Of a DNA stretch of 64,000 nucleotides, positions 50,101-64,000 are shown piece by piece; within the stretch, counting starts at the first letter, position 1, and each line of letters begins with the position of its first letter. Where the stretch lies: the NCBI GenBank assembly GCA_964057225.1, contig OZ059897.1, positions 2,604,001 to 2,668,000 on the forward strand, in the 5' to 3' direction. The notes beneath the pieces are model-generated. The model ran no database searches. It saw nothing but the letters and a program-made list of their open reading frames with translations, and was not told where the DNA came from. A program made the position numbers and the translations under genes. The stretch is from Auanema rhodensis (lineage: Eukaryota > Animalia > Nematoda).

Positions 50101-53100
50101 GTATAGAGCGTTTCTCATTGTAGTATAGTGCATTCGATGCGGATTTTTAAGCTGCGTTGATCTGTGTTATCAGATTTGAGTTAACTTAAAAATGCACCGA
50201 GATATCAACTGATATATGTTCACATTTATATCCTCGATTTTCACCCTGAAGAAATGATTTTTTCGTTGAAAAACATTGTCCATCGTATTCGTCTTGAAAA
50301 AAGGAATCTAAAAACATCTACTTTTTGTGAAATTATTTAGAAATTTTTCGGGAAAATTTTTGTCAAAATGTTTTTGGAAGCAATGTTGAGTGTACATGAG
50401 AACTCAACATACACTAATGCATTATTTTTCAAACGATCATAACTAATTTTTGTTTAGATTGTTTCTCATTGTAGTATAGTGCATTCGATGCGGATTTTTA
50501 AGCTGCGTTGATCTGTGTTATCAGATTTGAGTTAACTGAAAAATGCACCGAGATATCAACTGATATAGGTTCACACTTATATCCTCGATTTTCACCCTGA
50601 AGAAATGATTTTTTCGTTGAATAACATTGTCCATCGTCTTCGTCTTGAAAAAAGGAATCTAAAAACATCTACTTTCTGTGAAATTATTTAGAAATTTTTC
50701 GGGAAAATTTTTGTCAAAATGTTTTTGGAAGCAATGTTGAGTGTACATGGGAACTCAACATACACTAATGCATTATTTTTCAAACGATCATAACTAATTT
50801 TTGTTTAGATTGTTTCTCATTGTAGTATAGTGCATTCGATGCGGATTTTTAAGATGCGTTGATCTGTGTTATCAGATTTGAGTTAACTGAAAAATGCACC
50901 GAGATATCAACTGATATAGGTTCACACTTATATCCTCGATTTTCACCCTGAAGAAATGATTTTTTCGTTGAATAACATTGTCCATCGTCTTCGTCTTGAA
51001 AAAAGAAATCTAAAAACATCTACTTTCTGTGGAATTATTTAGAAATTTTTCGGGAAAATTTTTGTCACAATGTTTTTGGAAGCAATGTTGAGTGTACATG
51101 GGAACTCAGCATACACTAATGCATTATTTTTCAAACGATCATAACTAATTTTTGTATAGAGCGTTTCTCAATGTAGTATAGTGCATTCGATGCGGATTTT
51201 TAAGCTGCGTTGATCTGTGTTATCAAATTTGAGTTAGCTTAAAAATGCACCGAAATATCAACTGATATATGTTCACACTTATATCCTCGATTTTCACCCT
51301 GAAGAAATGATTTTTTCGTTGAAAAACATTGTCCATCGTATTCGTCTTGCAAAAAAGGAATCTAAAAACATCTACTTTTTGTGAAATTATTTAGAAATTT
51401 TTCGGGAAAATTTTTGTCAAAATGTTTTTGGAAGCAATGTTGAGTGTACATGGGAACTCAACATACACTAATGCATTATTTTTCAAACGATCATAACTAA
51501 TTTTTGTATAGAGCGTTTCTCATTGTAGTATAGTGCATTCGATGCGGATTTTTAAGCTGCGTTGATCTGTGTTATCAGATTTGAGTTAACTTAAAAATGC
51601 ACCGAGATATCAACTGATATATGTTCACACTTATATCCTCGATTTTCACCCTGAAGAAATGATTTTTTCGTTGAAAAACATTGTCCATCGTATTCGTCTT
51701 GAAAAAAGGAATCTAAAAACATCTACTTTTTGTGAAATTATTTAGAAATTTTTCGGGAAAATTTTTGTCAAAATGTTTTTGGAAGCAATGTTGAGTGTAC
51801 ATGGGAACTCAACATACACTAATGCATTATTTTTCAAACGATCATAACTAATTTTTGTATAGAGCGTTTCTCAATGTAGTATAGTGCATTCGATGCGGAT
51901 TTGTAAGCTGCGTTGATCTGTGTTATCAGATTTGAGTTAACTTAAAAATGCACCGAGATATCAACTGATATATGTTCACATTTATATCCTCGATTTTCAC
52001 CCTGAAGAAATGATTTTTTCGTTGAAAAACATTGTCCATCGTATTCGTCTTGAAAAAAGGAATCTAAAAACATCTACTTTTTGTGAAATTATTTAGAAAT
52101 TTTTCGGGAAAATTTTTGTCAAAATGTTTTTGGAAGCAATGTTGAGTGTACATGGGAACTCAACATACACTAATGCATTATTTTTCAAACGATCATAACT
52201 AATTTTTGTATAGAGCGTTTCTCATTGTAGTATAGTGCATTCGATGCGGATTTTTAAGCTGCGTTGATCTGTGTTATCAGATTTGAGTTAACTTAAAAAT
52301 GCACCGAGTAATCAACTGATATATGTTCACACTTATATCCTCGATTTTCACCCTGAAGAAATGATTTTTTCGTTGAAAAACATTGTCCATCGTATTCGTC
52401 TTGAAAAAAGGAATCTAAAAACATCTACTTTTTGTGAAATTATTTAGAAATTTTTCGGGAAAATTTTTGTCAAAATGTTTTTGGAAGCAATGTTGAGTGT
52501 ACATGGGAACTCAACATACACTAATGCATTATTTTTCAAACGATCATAACTAATTTTTGTATAGAGCGTTTCTCAATGTAGTATAGTGCATTCGATGCGG
52601 ATTTGTAAGCTGCGTTGATCTGTGTTATCAGATTTGAGTTAACTTAAAAATGCACCGAGATATCAACTGATATATGTTCACACTTATATCCTCGATTTTC
52701 ACCCTGAAGAAATGATTTTTTCGTTGAAAAACATTGTCCATCGTATTCGTCTTGAAAAAAGGAATCTAAAAACATCTACTTTTTGTGAAATTATTTAGAA
52801 ATTTTTCGGGAAAATTTTTGTCAAAATGTTTTTGGAAGCAATGTTGAGTGTACATGGGAACTCAACATACACTAATGCATTATTTTTCAAACGATCATAA
52901 CTAATTTTTGTATAGAGCGTTTCTCAATGTAGTATAGTGCATTCGATGCGGATTTGTAAGCTGCGTTGATCTGTGTTATCAGATTTGAGTTAACTTAAAA
53001 ATGCACCGAGATATCAACTGATATATGTTCACATTTATATCCTCGATTTTCACCCTGAAGAAATGATTTTTTCGTTGAAAAACATTGTCCATCGTATTCG

Positions 53101-56100
53101 TCTTGAAAAAAGGAATCTAAAAACATCTACTTTTTGTGAAATTATTTAGAAATTTTTCGGGAAAATTTTTGTCAAAATGTTTTTGGAAGCAATGTTGAGT
53201 GTACATGGGAACTCAACATACACTAATGCATTATTTTTCAAACGATCATAACTAATTTTTGTATAGAGCGTTTCTCATTGTAGTATAGTGCATTCGATGC
53301 GGATTTTTAAGCTGCGTTGATCTGTGTTATCAGATTTGAGTTAACTTAAAAATGCACCGAGATATCAACTGATATATGTTCACACTTATATCCTCGATTT
53401 TCACCCTGAAGAAATGATTTTTTCGTTGAAAAACATTGTCCATCGTATTCGTCTTGAAAAAAGGAATCTAAAAACATCTACTTTTTGTGAAATTATTTAG
53501 AAATTTTTCGGGAAAATTTTTGTCAAAATGTTTTTGGAAGCAATGTTGAGTGTACATGGGAACTCAACATACACTAATGCATTATTTTTCAAACGATCAT
53601 AACTAATTTTTGTATAGAGCGTTTCTCAATGTAGTATAGTGCATTCGATGCGGATTTGTAAGCTGCGTTGATCTGTGTTATCAGATTTGAGTTAACTTAA
53701 AAATGCACCGAGATATCAACTGATATATGTTCACACTTATATCCTCGATTTTCACCCTGAAGAAATGATTTTTTCGTTGAAAAACATTGTCCATCGTATT
53801 CGTCTTGGAAAAAGGAATCTAAAAACATCTACTTTTTGTGAAATTATTTAGAAATTTTTCGGGAAAATTTTTGTCAAAATGTTTTTGGAAGCAATGTTGA
53901 GTGTACATGGGAACTCAACATACACTAATGCATTATTTTTCAAACGATCATAACTAATTTTTGTATAGAGCGTTTCTCAATGTAGTATAGTGCATTCGAT
54001 GCGGATTTTTAAGCTGCGTTGATCTGTGTTATCAGATTTGAGTTAACTTAAAAATGCACCGAGATATCAACTGATATAGGTTCACACATATATCCTCGAT
54101 TTTCACCCTGAAGAAATGATTTTTTCGTTGAAAAACATTGTCCATCGTCTTCGTCTTGAAAAAAGGAATCTAAAAACATCTACTTTTTGTGAAATTATTC
54201 AGAAATTTTTCGGGAAAATTTTTGTCAAAATGTTTTTGGAAGCAATGTTGAGTGTACATGGGAACTCAACATACACTAATGCATTATTTTTCAAACGATC
54301 ATAACTAATTTTTGTTTAGATTGTTTCTCATTGTAGTATAGTGCATTCGATGCGGATTTTTAAGATGCGTTGATCTGTGTTATCAGATTTGAGTTAACTG
54401 AAAAATGCACCGAGATATCAACTGATATAGGTTCACACTTATATCCTCGATTTTCACCCTGAAGAAATGATTTTTTCGTTGAATAACATTGTCCATCGTC
54501 TTCGTCTTGAAAAAAGGAATCTAAAAACATCTACTTTCTGTGAAATTAAATAGAAATTTTTCGGGAAAATTTTTGTCAAAATGTTTTTGGAAGCAATGTT
54601 GAGTGTACATGGGAACTCAACATACACTAATGCATTATTTTTCAAACGATCATAACTAATTTTTGTATAGAGCGTTTCTCATTGTAGTATAGTGCATTCG
54701 ATGCGGATTTTTAAGCTGCATTGATCTGTGTTATCAGATTTGAGTTAACTTAAAAATGCACCGAGTAATCAACTGATATAGGTTCACACTTATATCCTCG
54801 ATTTTCACCCTGAAGAATTAATTTTTTCGTTGAATAACATTGTCCATCGTCTTTGCCTTGAAAAAAGAAATCTGAATACTCCTACTTTTTGTGAAATTCT
54901 TTAGAAATTTTTCGGGAAAATTTTTGTCACAATGTTTTTGGAAGCAAAGTTGAGTGTACATGGGAACTCAGCATACACTAATGCATTATTTTTCAAACGA
55001 TCATAACTAATTTTTGTATAGAGCGTTTCTCATTGTAGTATAATGCATTCGATGCGGATTTTTAAGATGCGTTGATCTGTGTTATCAGATTTGAGTTAAC
55101 TGAAAAATGCACCGAGATATCAACTGATATATGTTCACACTTATATCCTCGATTTTCACCCTGAAGCAAGGATTTTTTCGTTGAATAACATTGTCCATCG
55201 TCTTCGTCTTGAAAAAAGGAATCTAAAAACATCAACTTTTTGTGAAATTATTCAGAAATTTTTCGGGAAAATTTTTGTCAAAATGTTTTTGGAAGCAATG
55301 TTGAGTGTACATGGGAACTCAACATACACTAATGCATTATTTTTCAAACGATCATAACTAATTTTTGTATAGAGCGTTTCTCATTGTAGTATAGTGCATT
55401 CGATGCGGATTTTTAAGCTGCGTTGATCTGTGTTATCAGATTTGAGTTAACTTAAAAATGCACCGAGTAATCAACTGATATAGGTTCACACTTATATCCT
55501 CGATTTTCACCCTGAAGAATTAATTTTTTCGTTGAATAACATTGTCCATCGTCTTTGCCTTGAAAAAAGAAATCTGAATACTCCTACTTTTTGTGAAATT
55601 ATTTAGAAATTTTTCGGGAAAATTTTTGTCACAATGTTTTTGGAAGCAATGTTGAGTGTACATGGGAACTCAGCATACACTAATGCATTATTTTTCAAAC
55701 GATCATAACTAATTTTTGTATAGAGCGTTTCTCAATGTAGTATAGTGCATTCGATGCGGATTTTTAAGCTGCGTTGATCTGTGTTATCAAATTTGAGTTA
55801 GCTTAAAAATGCACCGAAATATCAACTGATATATGTTCACACTTATATCCTCGATTTTCACCCTGAAGAAATGATTTTTTCGTTGAAAAACATTGTCCAT
55901 CGTCTTTGCCTTGAAAAAAGGAATTTAAAAACATTTACTTTTTGTGAAATTATTTAGAAATTTTTCGGGAAAATTTTTGTCAAAATGTTTTTGGAAGCAA
56001 TGTTGAGTGTACATGGGAACTCAACATACACTAATGCATTATTTTTCAAACGATCATAACTAATTTTTGTATAGAGCGTTTCTCATTGTAGTATAGTGCA

Positions 56101-57049
56101 TTCGATGCGGATTTTTAAGCTGCGATGATCTGTGTTATCAGATTTGAGTTAACTTAAAAATGCACCGAGATATCAACTGATATATGTTCACACTTATATC
56201 CTCGATTTTCACCCTGAAGAAATGATTTTTTCGTTGAAAAACATTGTCCATCGTATTCGTCTTGAAAAAAGGAATCTAAAAACATCTACTTTTTGTGAAA
56301 TTATTTAGAAATTTTTCGGGAAAATTTTTGTCAAAATGTTTTTGGAAGCAATGTTGAGTGTACATGGGAACTCAACATACACTAATGCATTATTTTTCAA
56401 ACGATCATAACTAATTTTTGTATAGAGCGTTTCTCAATGTAGTATAGTGCATTCGATGCGGATTTTTAAGCTGCGTTGATCTGTGTTATCAGATTTGAGT
56501 TAACTTAAAAATGCACCGAGATATCAACTGATATATGTTCACACATATATCCTCGATTTTCACCCTGAAGAAATGATTTTTTCGTTGAAAAACATTGTCC
56601 ATCGTCTTCGTCTTGAAAAAAGGAATCTAAAAACATCTACTTTTTGTGAAATTATTCAGAAATTTTTCGGGAAAATTTTTGTCAAAATGTTTTTGGAAGC
56701 AATGTTGAGTGTACATGGGAACTCAACATACACTAATGCATTATTTTTCAAACGATCATAACTAATTTTTGTATGGAGCATTTTTCAATGTAGTATAGTG
56801 CATTCGATGCGGATTTTTAAGCTGCGTTGATCTGTGTTATCAGATTTGCGCTAGCTTAAAAATGCACCGAGTAATCAACTGATATAGGTTCACACTTATA
56901 TCCTCGATTTTCACCCTGAAGAGTTAATTTTTTCGTTGAATAACATTGTCCATCGTCTTTGCCTTGAAAAAAGAAATCTGAATACTCCTACTTTTTGTGA
57001 AATTATTTAGAAATTTTTCGGGAAAATTTTTGTCACAATGTTTTTGGAA

Positions 57050-60000
57050 GCAATGTTGAGTGTACATGGGAACTCAGCATACACTAATGCATTATTTTTC
57101 AAACGATCATAACTAATTTTTGTATAGAGCGTTTCTCAATGTAGTATAGTGCATTCGATGCGGATTTTTAAGCTGCGTTGATCTGTGTTATCAGATTTGA
57201 GTTAGCTTAAAAATGCACAGAGATATCAACTGATATATGTTCACACTTATATCCTCGATTTTCACCCTGAAGAAAGGATTTTTTCGTTGAATAACATTGT
57301 CCATCGTCTTCGTCTTGAAAAAAGGAATCTAAAAACATCAACTTTTTGTGAAATTATTCAGAAATTTTTCGGGAAAATTTTTGTCAAAATGTTTTTGGAA
57401 GCAATGTTGAGTGTACATGGGAACTCAACATACACTAATGCATTATTTTTCAAACGATCATAACTAATTTTTGTATAGAGCGTTTCTCATTGTAGTATAG
57501 TGCATTCGATGCGGATTTTTAAGCTGCGTTGATCTGTGTTATCAGATTTGAGTTAACTTAAAAATGCACCGAGTAATCAACTGATATAGGTTCACACTTA
57601 TATCCTCGATTTTCACCCTGAAGAATTAATTTTTTCGTTGAATAACATTGTCCATCGTCTTTGCCTTGAAAAAAGAAATCTAAAAACTCCTACTTTTTGT
57701 GAAATTATTTAGAAATTTTTCGGGAAAATTTTTGTCACAATGTTTTTGGAAGCAATGTTGAGTGTACATGGGAACTCAACATACACTAATGCATTATTTT
57801 TCAAACGATCATAACTAATTTTTGTATTAAGCGTTTCTTAATGTAGTATAGTGCATTCGATGCGGATTTTTAAGCTGCGTTGATCTGTGTTATCAGATTT
57901 GAGTTAGCTTAAAAATGCACCGAGATATCAACTGATATATGTTCACACTTATATCCTCGATTTTCACCCTGAAGAAATGATTTTTTCGTTGAATAACATT
58001 GTCCATCGTCTTCGTCTTGAAAAAAAAAATCTAAAAACATCTACTTTTTGTGAAACTATTTAGAAATTTTTCGGGAAAATTTTTGTCAAAATGTTTTTGG
58101 AAGCAATGTTGAGTGTACATGGGAACTCAACATACACTAATGCATTATTTTTCAAACGATCATAACTAATTTTTGTATAGAGCGTTTCTCAATGTAGTAT
58201 AGTGCATTCGATGCGGATTTTTAAGCTGCGTTGATCTGTGTTATCAGATTTGAGTTAACTTAAAAATGCACCGAGATATCAACTGATATATGTTCACACT
58301 TATATCCTCAATTTTCACCCTGAAGAAATGATTTTTTCGTTGAAAAACATTGTCCATCGTATTTGTCTTGAAAAAAGGAATCTAAAAACATCTACTTTTT
58401 GTGAAATTATTTAGAAATTTTTCGGGAAAATTTTTGTCAAAATGTTTTTGGAAGCAATGTTGAGTGCACATGGGAACTCAACATACACTAATGCATTATT
58501 TTTCAAACGATCATAACTAATTTTTGTATAGAGCGTTTCTCAATGTCGTATAGTGCATTCGATGCGAATTTTTAAGCTGCGTTGATCTGTCTTATCTGAT
58601 TTGAGTTAACTTAAAAATGCACCGAGATATCAACTGATATAGGTTCACACTTATATCCTCGATTTTCACCCTGAAGAAATGATTTTTTCGTTGAAAAACA
58701 TTGTCCATCGTCTTCGTCTTGAAAAAAGGAATCTAAAAACATCTACTTTTTGTGAAATTATTCAGAAATTTTTTGGGAAAATTTTTGTCAAAATGTTTTT
58801 GGAAGCAATGTTGAGTGTACATGGGAACTCAACATACACTAATGCATTATTTTTCAAACGATCATAACTAATTTTTGTATGGAGCGTTTCTCAATGTAGT
58901 ATAGTGCATTCGATGCGGATTTTTAAGCTGCGTTGATCTGTGTTATCAGATTTGAGTTAGCTTAAAAATGCACCGAGATATCAACTGATATATGTTCACA
59001 CTTATATCCTCGATTTTCACCCTGAAGAAAGGATTTTTTCGTTGAATAACATTGTCCATCGTCTTCGTCTTGAAAAAAGGAATCTAAAAACATCTACTTT
59101 TTGTGAAATTATTCAGAAATTTTTCGGGAAAATTTTTGTCAAAATGTTTTTGGAAGCAATGTTGAGTGTACATGGGAACTCAACATACACTAATGCATTA
59201 TTTTTCAAACGATCATAACTAATTTTTGTATAGAGCGTTTCTCAATGTAGTATAGTGCATTCGATGCGGATTTTTAAGCTGCGTTGATCTGTGTTATCAG
59301 ATTTGAGTTAACTTAAAAATGCACCGAGATATCAACTGATATATGTTCACACTTATATCCTCAATTTTCACCCTGAAGAAATGATTTTTTCGTTGAAAAA
59401 CATTGTCCATCGTATTTGTCTTGAAAAAAGGAATCTAAAAACATCTACTTTTTGTGAAATTATTTAGAAATTTTTCGGGAAAATTTTTGTCACAATGTTT
59501 TTGGAAGCAATGTTGAGTGTACATGGGAACTCAGCATACACTAATGCATTATTTTTCAAACGATCATAACTAATTTTTGTATAGAGCGTTTCTCAATGTA
59601 GTATAGTGCATTCGATGCGGATTTTTAAGCTGCGTTGATCTGTGTTATCAGATTTGAGTTAGCTTAAAAATGCACAGAGATATCAACTGATATATGTTCA
59701 CACTTATATCCTCGATTTTCACCCTGAAGAAAGGATTTTTTCGTTGAATAACATTGTCCATCGTCTTCGTCTTGAAAAAAGGAATCTAAAAACATCAACT
59801 TTTTGTGAAATTATTCAGAAATTTTTCGGGAAAATTTTTGTCAAAATGTTTTTGGAAGCAATGTTGAGTGTACATGGGAACTCAACATACACTAATGCAT
59901 TATTTTTCAAACGATCATAACTAATTTTTGTATAGAGCGTTTCTCATTGTAGTATAGTGCATTCGATGCGGATTTTTAAGCTGCGTTGATCTGTGTTATC

Positions 60001-61800
60001 AGATTTGAGTTAACTTAAAAATGCACCGAGTAATCAACTGATATAGGTTCACACTTATATCCTCGATTTTCACCCTGAAGAATTAATTTTTTCGTTGAAT
60101 AACATTGTCCATCGTCTTTGCCTTGAAAAAAGAAATCTAAAAACTCCTACTTTTTGTGAAATTATTTAGAAATTTTTCGGGAAAATTTTTGTCACAATGT
60201 TTTTGGAAGCAATGTTGAGTGTACATGGGAACTCAACATACACTAATGCATTATTTTTCAAACGATCATAACTAATTTTTGTATTAAGCGTTTCTTAATG
60301 TAGTATAGTGCATTCGATGCGGATTTTTAAGCTGCGTTGATCTGTGTTATCAGATTTGAGTTAGCTTAAAAATGCACCGAGATATCAACTGATATATGTT
60401 CACACTTATATCCTCGATTTTCACCCTGAAGAAATGATTTTTTCGTTGAATAACATTGTCCATCGTCTTCGTCTTGAAAAAAAAAATCTAAAAACATCTA
60501 CTTTTTGTGAAACTATTTAGAAATTTTTCGGGAAAATTTTTGTCAAAATGTTTTTGGAAGCAATGTTGAGTGTACATGGGAACTCAACATACACTAATGC
60601 ATTATTTTTCAAACGATCATAACTAATTTTTGTATAGAGCGTTTCTCAATGTAGTATAGTGCATTCGATGCGGATTTTTAAGCTGCGTTGATCTGTGTTA
60701 TCAGATTTGAGTTAACTTAAAAATGCACCGAGATATCAACTGATATATGTTCACACTTATATCCTCAATTTTCACCCTGAAGAAATGATTTTTTCGTTGA
60801 AAAACATTGTCCATCGTATTTGTCTTGAAAAAAGGAATCTAAAAACATCTACTTTTTGTGAAATTATTTAGAAATTTTTCGGGAAAATTTTTGTCAAAAT
60901 GTTTTTGGAAGCAATGTTGAGTGCACATGGGAACTCAACATACACTAATGCATTATTTTTCAAACGATCATAACTAATTTTTGTATAGAGCGTTTCTCAA
61001 TGTCGTATAGTGCATTCGATGCGAATTTTTAAGCTGCGTTGATCTGTCTTATCTGATTTGAGTTAACTTAAAAATGCACCGAGATATCAACTGATATAGG
61101 TTCACACTTATATCCTCGATTTTCACCCTGAAGAAATGATTTTTTCGTTGAAAAACATTGTCCATCGTCTTCGTCTTGAAAAAAGGAATCTAAAAACATC
61201 TACTTTTTGTGAAATTATTCAGAAATTTTTTGGGAAAATTTTTGTCAAAATGTTTTTGGAAGCAATGTTGAGTGTACATGGGAACTCAACATACACTAAT
61301 GCATTATTTTTCAAACGATCATAACTAATTTTTGTATGGAGCGTTTCTCAATGTAGTATAGTGCATTCGATGCGGATTTTTAAGCTGCGTTGATCTGTGT
61401 TATCAGATTTGAGTTAGCTTAAAAATGCACCGAGATATCAACTGATATATGTTCACACTTATATCCTCGATTTTCACCCTGAAGAAAGGATTTTTTCGTT
61501 GAATAACATTGTCCATCGTCTTCGTCTTGAAAAAAGGAATCTAAAAACATCTACTTTTTGTGAAATTATTCAGAAATTTTTCGGGAAAATTTTTGTCAAA
61601 ATGTTTTTGGAAGCAATGTTGAGTGTACATGGGAACTCAACATACACTAATGCATTATTTTTCAAACGATCATAACTAATTTTTGTATAGAGCGTTTCTC
61701 AATGTAGTATAGTGCATTCGATGCGGATTTTTAAGCTGCGTTGATCTGTGTTATCAGATTTGAGTTAACTTAAAAATGCACCGAGATATCAACTGATATA
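57050..61800. repeat. Tandem duplication of a 7-monomer block (period 2,457 bp; boundaries approximate)
   Basis: Private variants are paired 2,457 bp apart: GCACAGAG at 57215 and 59672, GTGCACA at 58464 and 60921, and the spurious 62-aa ORF at 58679 and 61136. Confidence 0.8.
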
Positions 61801-64000
61801 TGTTCACACTTATATCCTCAATTTTCACCCTGAAGAATTAATTTTTTCGTTGAATAACATTGTCCATCGTCTTTGCCTTGAAAAAAGAAATCTGAACACT
61901 CCTACTTTTTGTGAAATTATTTAGAAATTTTTCGGGAAAATTTTTGTCACAATGTTTTTGGAAGCAATGTTGAGTGTACATGGGAACTCAGCATACACTA
62001 ATGCATTATTTTTCAAGCGATCATAACTAATTTTTGTATAGAGCGTTTCTCAATGTAGTATAGTGCATTCGATGCGGATTTTTAAGCTGCGTTGATCTGT
62101 GTTATCAGATTTGAGTTAGCTTAAAAATGCACCGAGATATCAACTGATATATGTTCACACTTATATCCTCGATTTTCACCCTGAAGAATTAATTTTTTCG
62201 TTGAATAACATTGTCCATCGTCTTCGTCTTGAAAAAAGGAATCTAAAAACATCTACTTTTTGTGAAATTATTCAGAAATTTTTCGGGAAAATTTTTGTCA
62301 AAATGTTTTTGGAAGCAATGTTGAGTGTACATGGGAACTCAACATACACTAATGCATTATTTTTCAAACGATCATAACTAATTTTTGTATAGAGCGTTTC
62401 TCATTGTAGTATAGTGCATTCGATGCGGATTTTTAAGCTGCGTTGATCTGTGTTATCAGATTTGAGTTAACTTAAAAATGCACCGAGTAATCAACTGATA
62501 TAGGTTCACACTTATATCCTCGATTTTCACCCTGAAGAATTAATTTTTTCGTTGAATAACATTGTCCATCGTCTTTGCCTTGGAAAAAGAAATCTAAAAA
62601 CTCCTACTTTTTGTGAAATTATTTAGAAATTTTTCGGGAAAATTTTTGTCACAATGTTTTTGGAAGCAATGTTGAGTGTACATGGGAACTCAACATACAC
62701 TAATGCATTATTTTTCAAACGATCATAACTAATTTTTGTATTAAGCGTTTCTTAATGTAGTATAGTGCATTCGATGCGGATTTTTAAGCTGCGTTGATCT
62801 GTGTTATCAGATTTGAGTTAGCTTAAAAATGCACCGAGATATCAACTGATATATGTTCACACTTATATCCTCGATTTGCACCCTGAAGAAATGATTTTTT
62901 CGTTGAATAACATTGTCCATCGTCTTTGTCTTGAAAAAAAAAATCTAAAAACATCTACTTTTTGTGAAACTATTTAGAAATTTTTCGGGAAAATTTTTGT
63001 CAAAATGTTTTTGGAAGCAATGTTGAGTGTACATGGGAACTCAACATACACTAATGCATTATTTTTCAAACGATCATAACTAATTTTTGTATAGAGCGTT
63101 TCTCAATGTCGTATAGTGCATTCGATGCGAATTTTTAAGCTGCGTTGATCTGTCTTATCTGATTTGAGTTAACTTAAAAATGCACCGAGATATCAACTGA
63201 TATAGGTTCACACTTATATCCTCGATTTTCACCCTGAAGAAATGATTTTTTCGTTGAAAAACATTGTCCATCGTCTTCGTCTTGAAAAAAGGAATCTAAA
63301 AACATCTACTTTTTGTGAAATTATTCAGAAATTTTTCGGGAAAATTTTTGTCAAAATGTTTTTGGAAGCAATGTTGAGTGTACATGGGAACTCAACATAC
63401 ACTAATGCATTATTTTTCAAACGATCATAACTAATTTTTGTATGGAGCGTTTCTCAATGTAGTATAGTGCATTCGATGCGGATTTTTAAGCTGCGTTGAT
63501 CTGTGTTATCAGATTTGAGTTAGCTTAAAAATGCACCGAGATATCAACTGATATATGTTCACACTTATATCCTCGATTTTCACCCTGAAGAATTAATTTT
63601 TTCGTTGAATAACATTGTCCATCGTCTTTGCCTTGGAAAAAGAAATCTAAAAACTCCTACTTTTTGTGAAATTATTTAGAAATTTTTCGGGAAAATTTTT
63701 GTCACAATGTTTTTGGAAGCAATGTTGAGTGTACATGGGAACTCAACATACACTAATGCATTATTTTTCAAACGATCATAACTAATTTTTGTATTAAGCG
63801 TTTCTTAATGTAGTATAGTGCATTCGATGCGGATTTTTAAGCTGCGTTGATCTGTGTTATCAGATTTGAGTTAGCTTAAAAATGCACCGAGATATCAACT
63901 GATATATGTTCACACTTATATCCTCGATTTTCACCCTGAAGAAATGATTTTTTCGTTGAATAACATTGTCCATCGTCTTTGTCTTGAAAAAAAAAATCTA

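Larger units (their letters stand above)
12474..64000. repeat. 351-bp tandem satellite array, right of the retrotransposon (about 147 monomers, runs off the window end)
   Basis: Same monomer and orientation as the left array. It resumes in exact register after the TSD. No other interruption or inversion was seen. Confidence 0.99.

Noticed and set aside
3704-63430. Recurrent 62-aa plus-strand ORF (MIFSLKNIVHRL...) and 63-79-aa minus-strand ORFs in the satellite
   Set aside because: They are by-products of the repeat. The 62-aa frame opens only in monomers with a TAG-to-CAG variant and an intact ATG, and most monomers have the stop. No domain is recognisable.
1-64000. CRISPR-like reading of the regularly spaced hairpin ATGTTGAGT-N10-ACTCAACAT
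   Set aside because: The intervening sequences are near-identical rather than unique spacers, there are no cas genes, and the context is eukaryotic.

Overview
Eukaryotic, AT-rich heterochromatin-type DNA with no host genes. About 91% of the window is a head-to-tail array of a 351-bp satellite (about 32% GC counted in the first monomer; about 19 monomers at 1-6660 and about 147 at 12474-64000). The array has two interleaved monomer subtypes and nested local duplications of 2, 5, 7, 11, 15, 17 and 18 monomers. One full-length 5,813-bp BEL/Pao-type LTR retrotransposon interrupts it on the minus strand (6661-12473). The element has two 231-bp LTRs identical by eye, a 5-bp target-site duplication (ATGAG), a tRNA-Gly(GCC) primer-binding site, a polypurine tract, gag, and pol (PR-RT-RNase H-IN), with no env. 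Notable points: it inserted into the loop of the satellite's strongest dyad, in a rare monomer variant whose empty sister sites survive elsewhere; gag and pol overlap in -1 phase with three slippery heptamers and an AUGA stop/start; pol has one in-frame TAA in RNase H; the protease motif reads DSC; Gag shows no recognisable capsid motif; and integrase ends in an acidic linker plus an Arg-rich motif that could be a chromatin-targeting tail. The best candidate for an undescribed system is a satellite-associated BEL/Pao family. That is a hypothesis from a single insertion. The host cannot be identified from sequence alone; an invertebrate, possibly a nematode, is only a guess.
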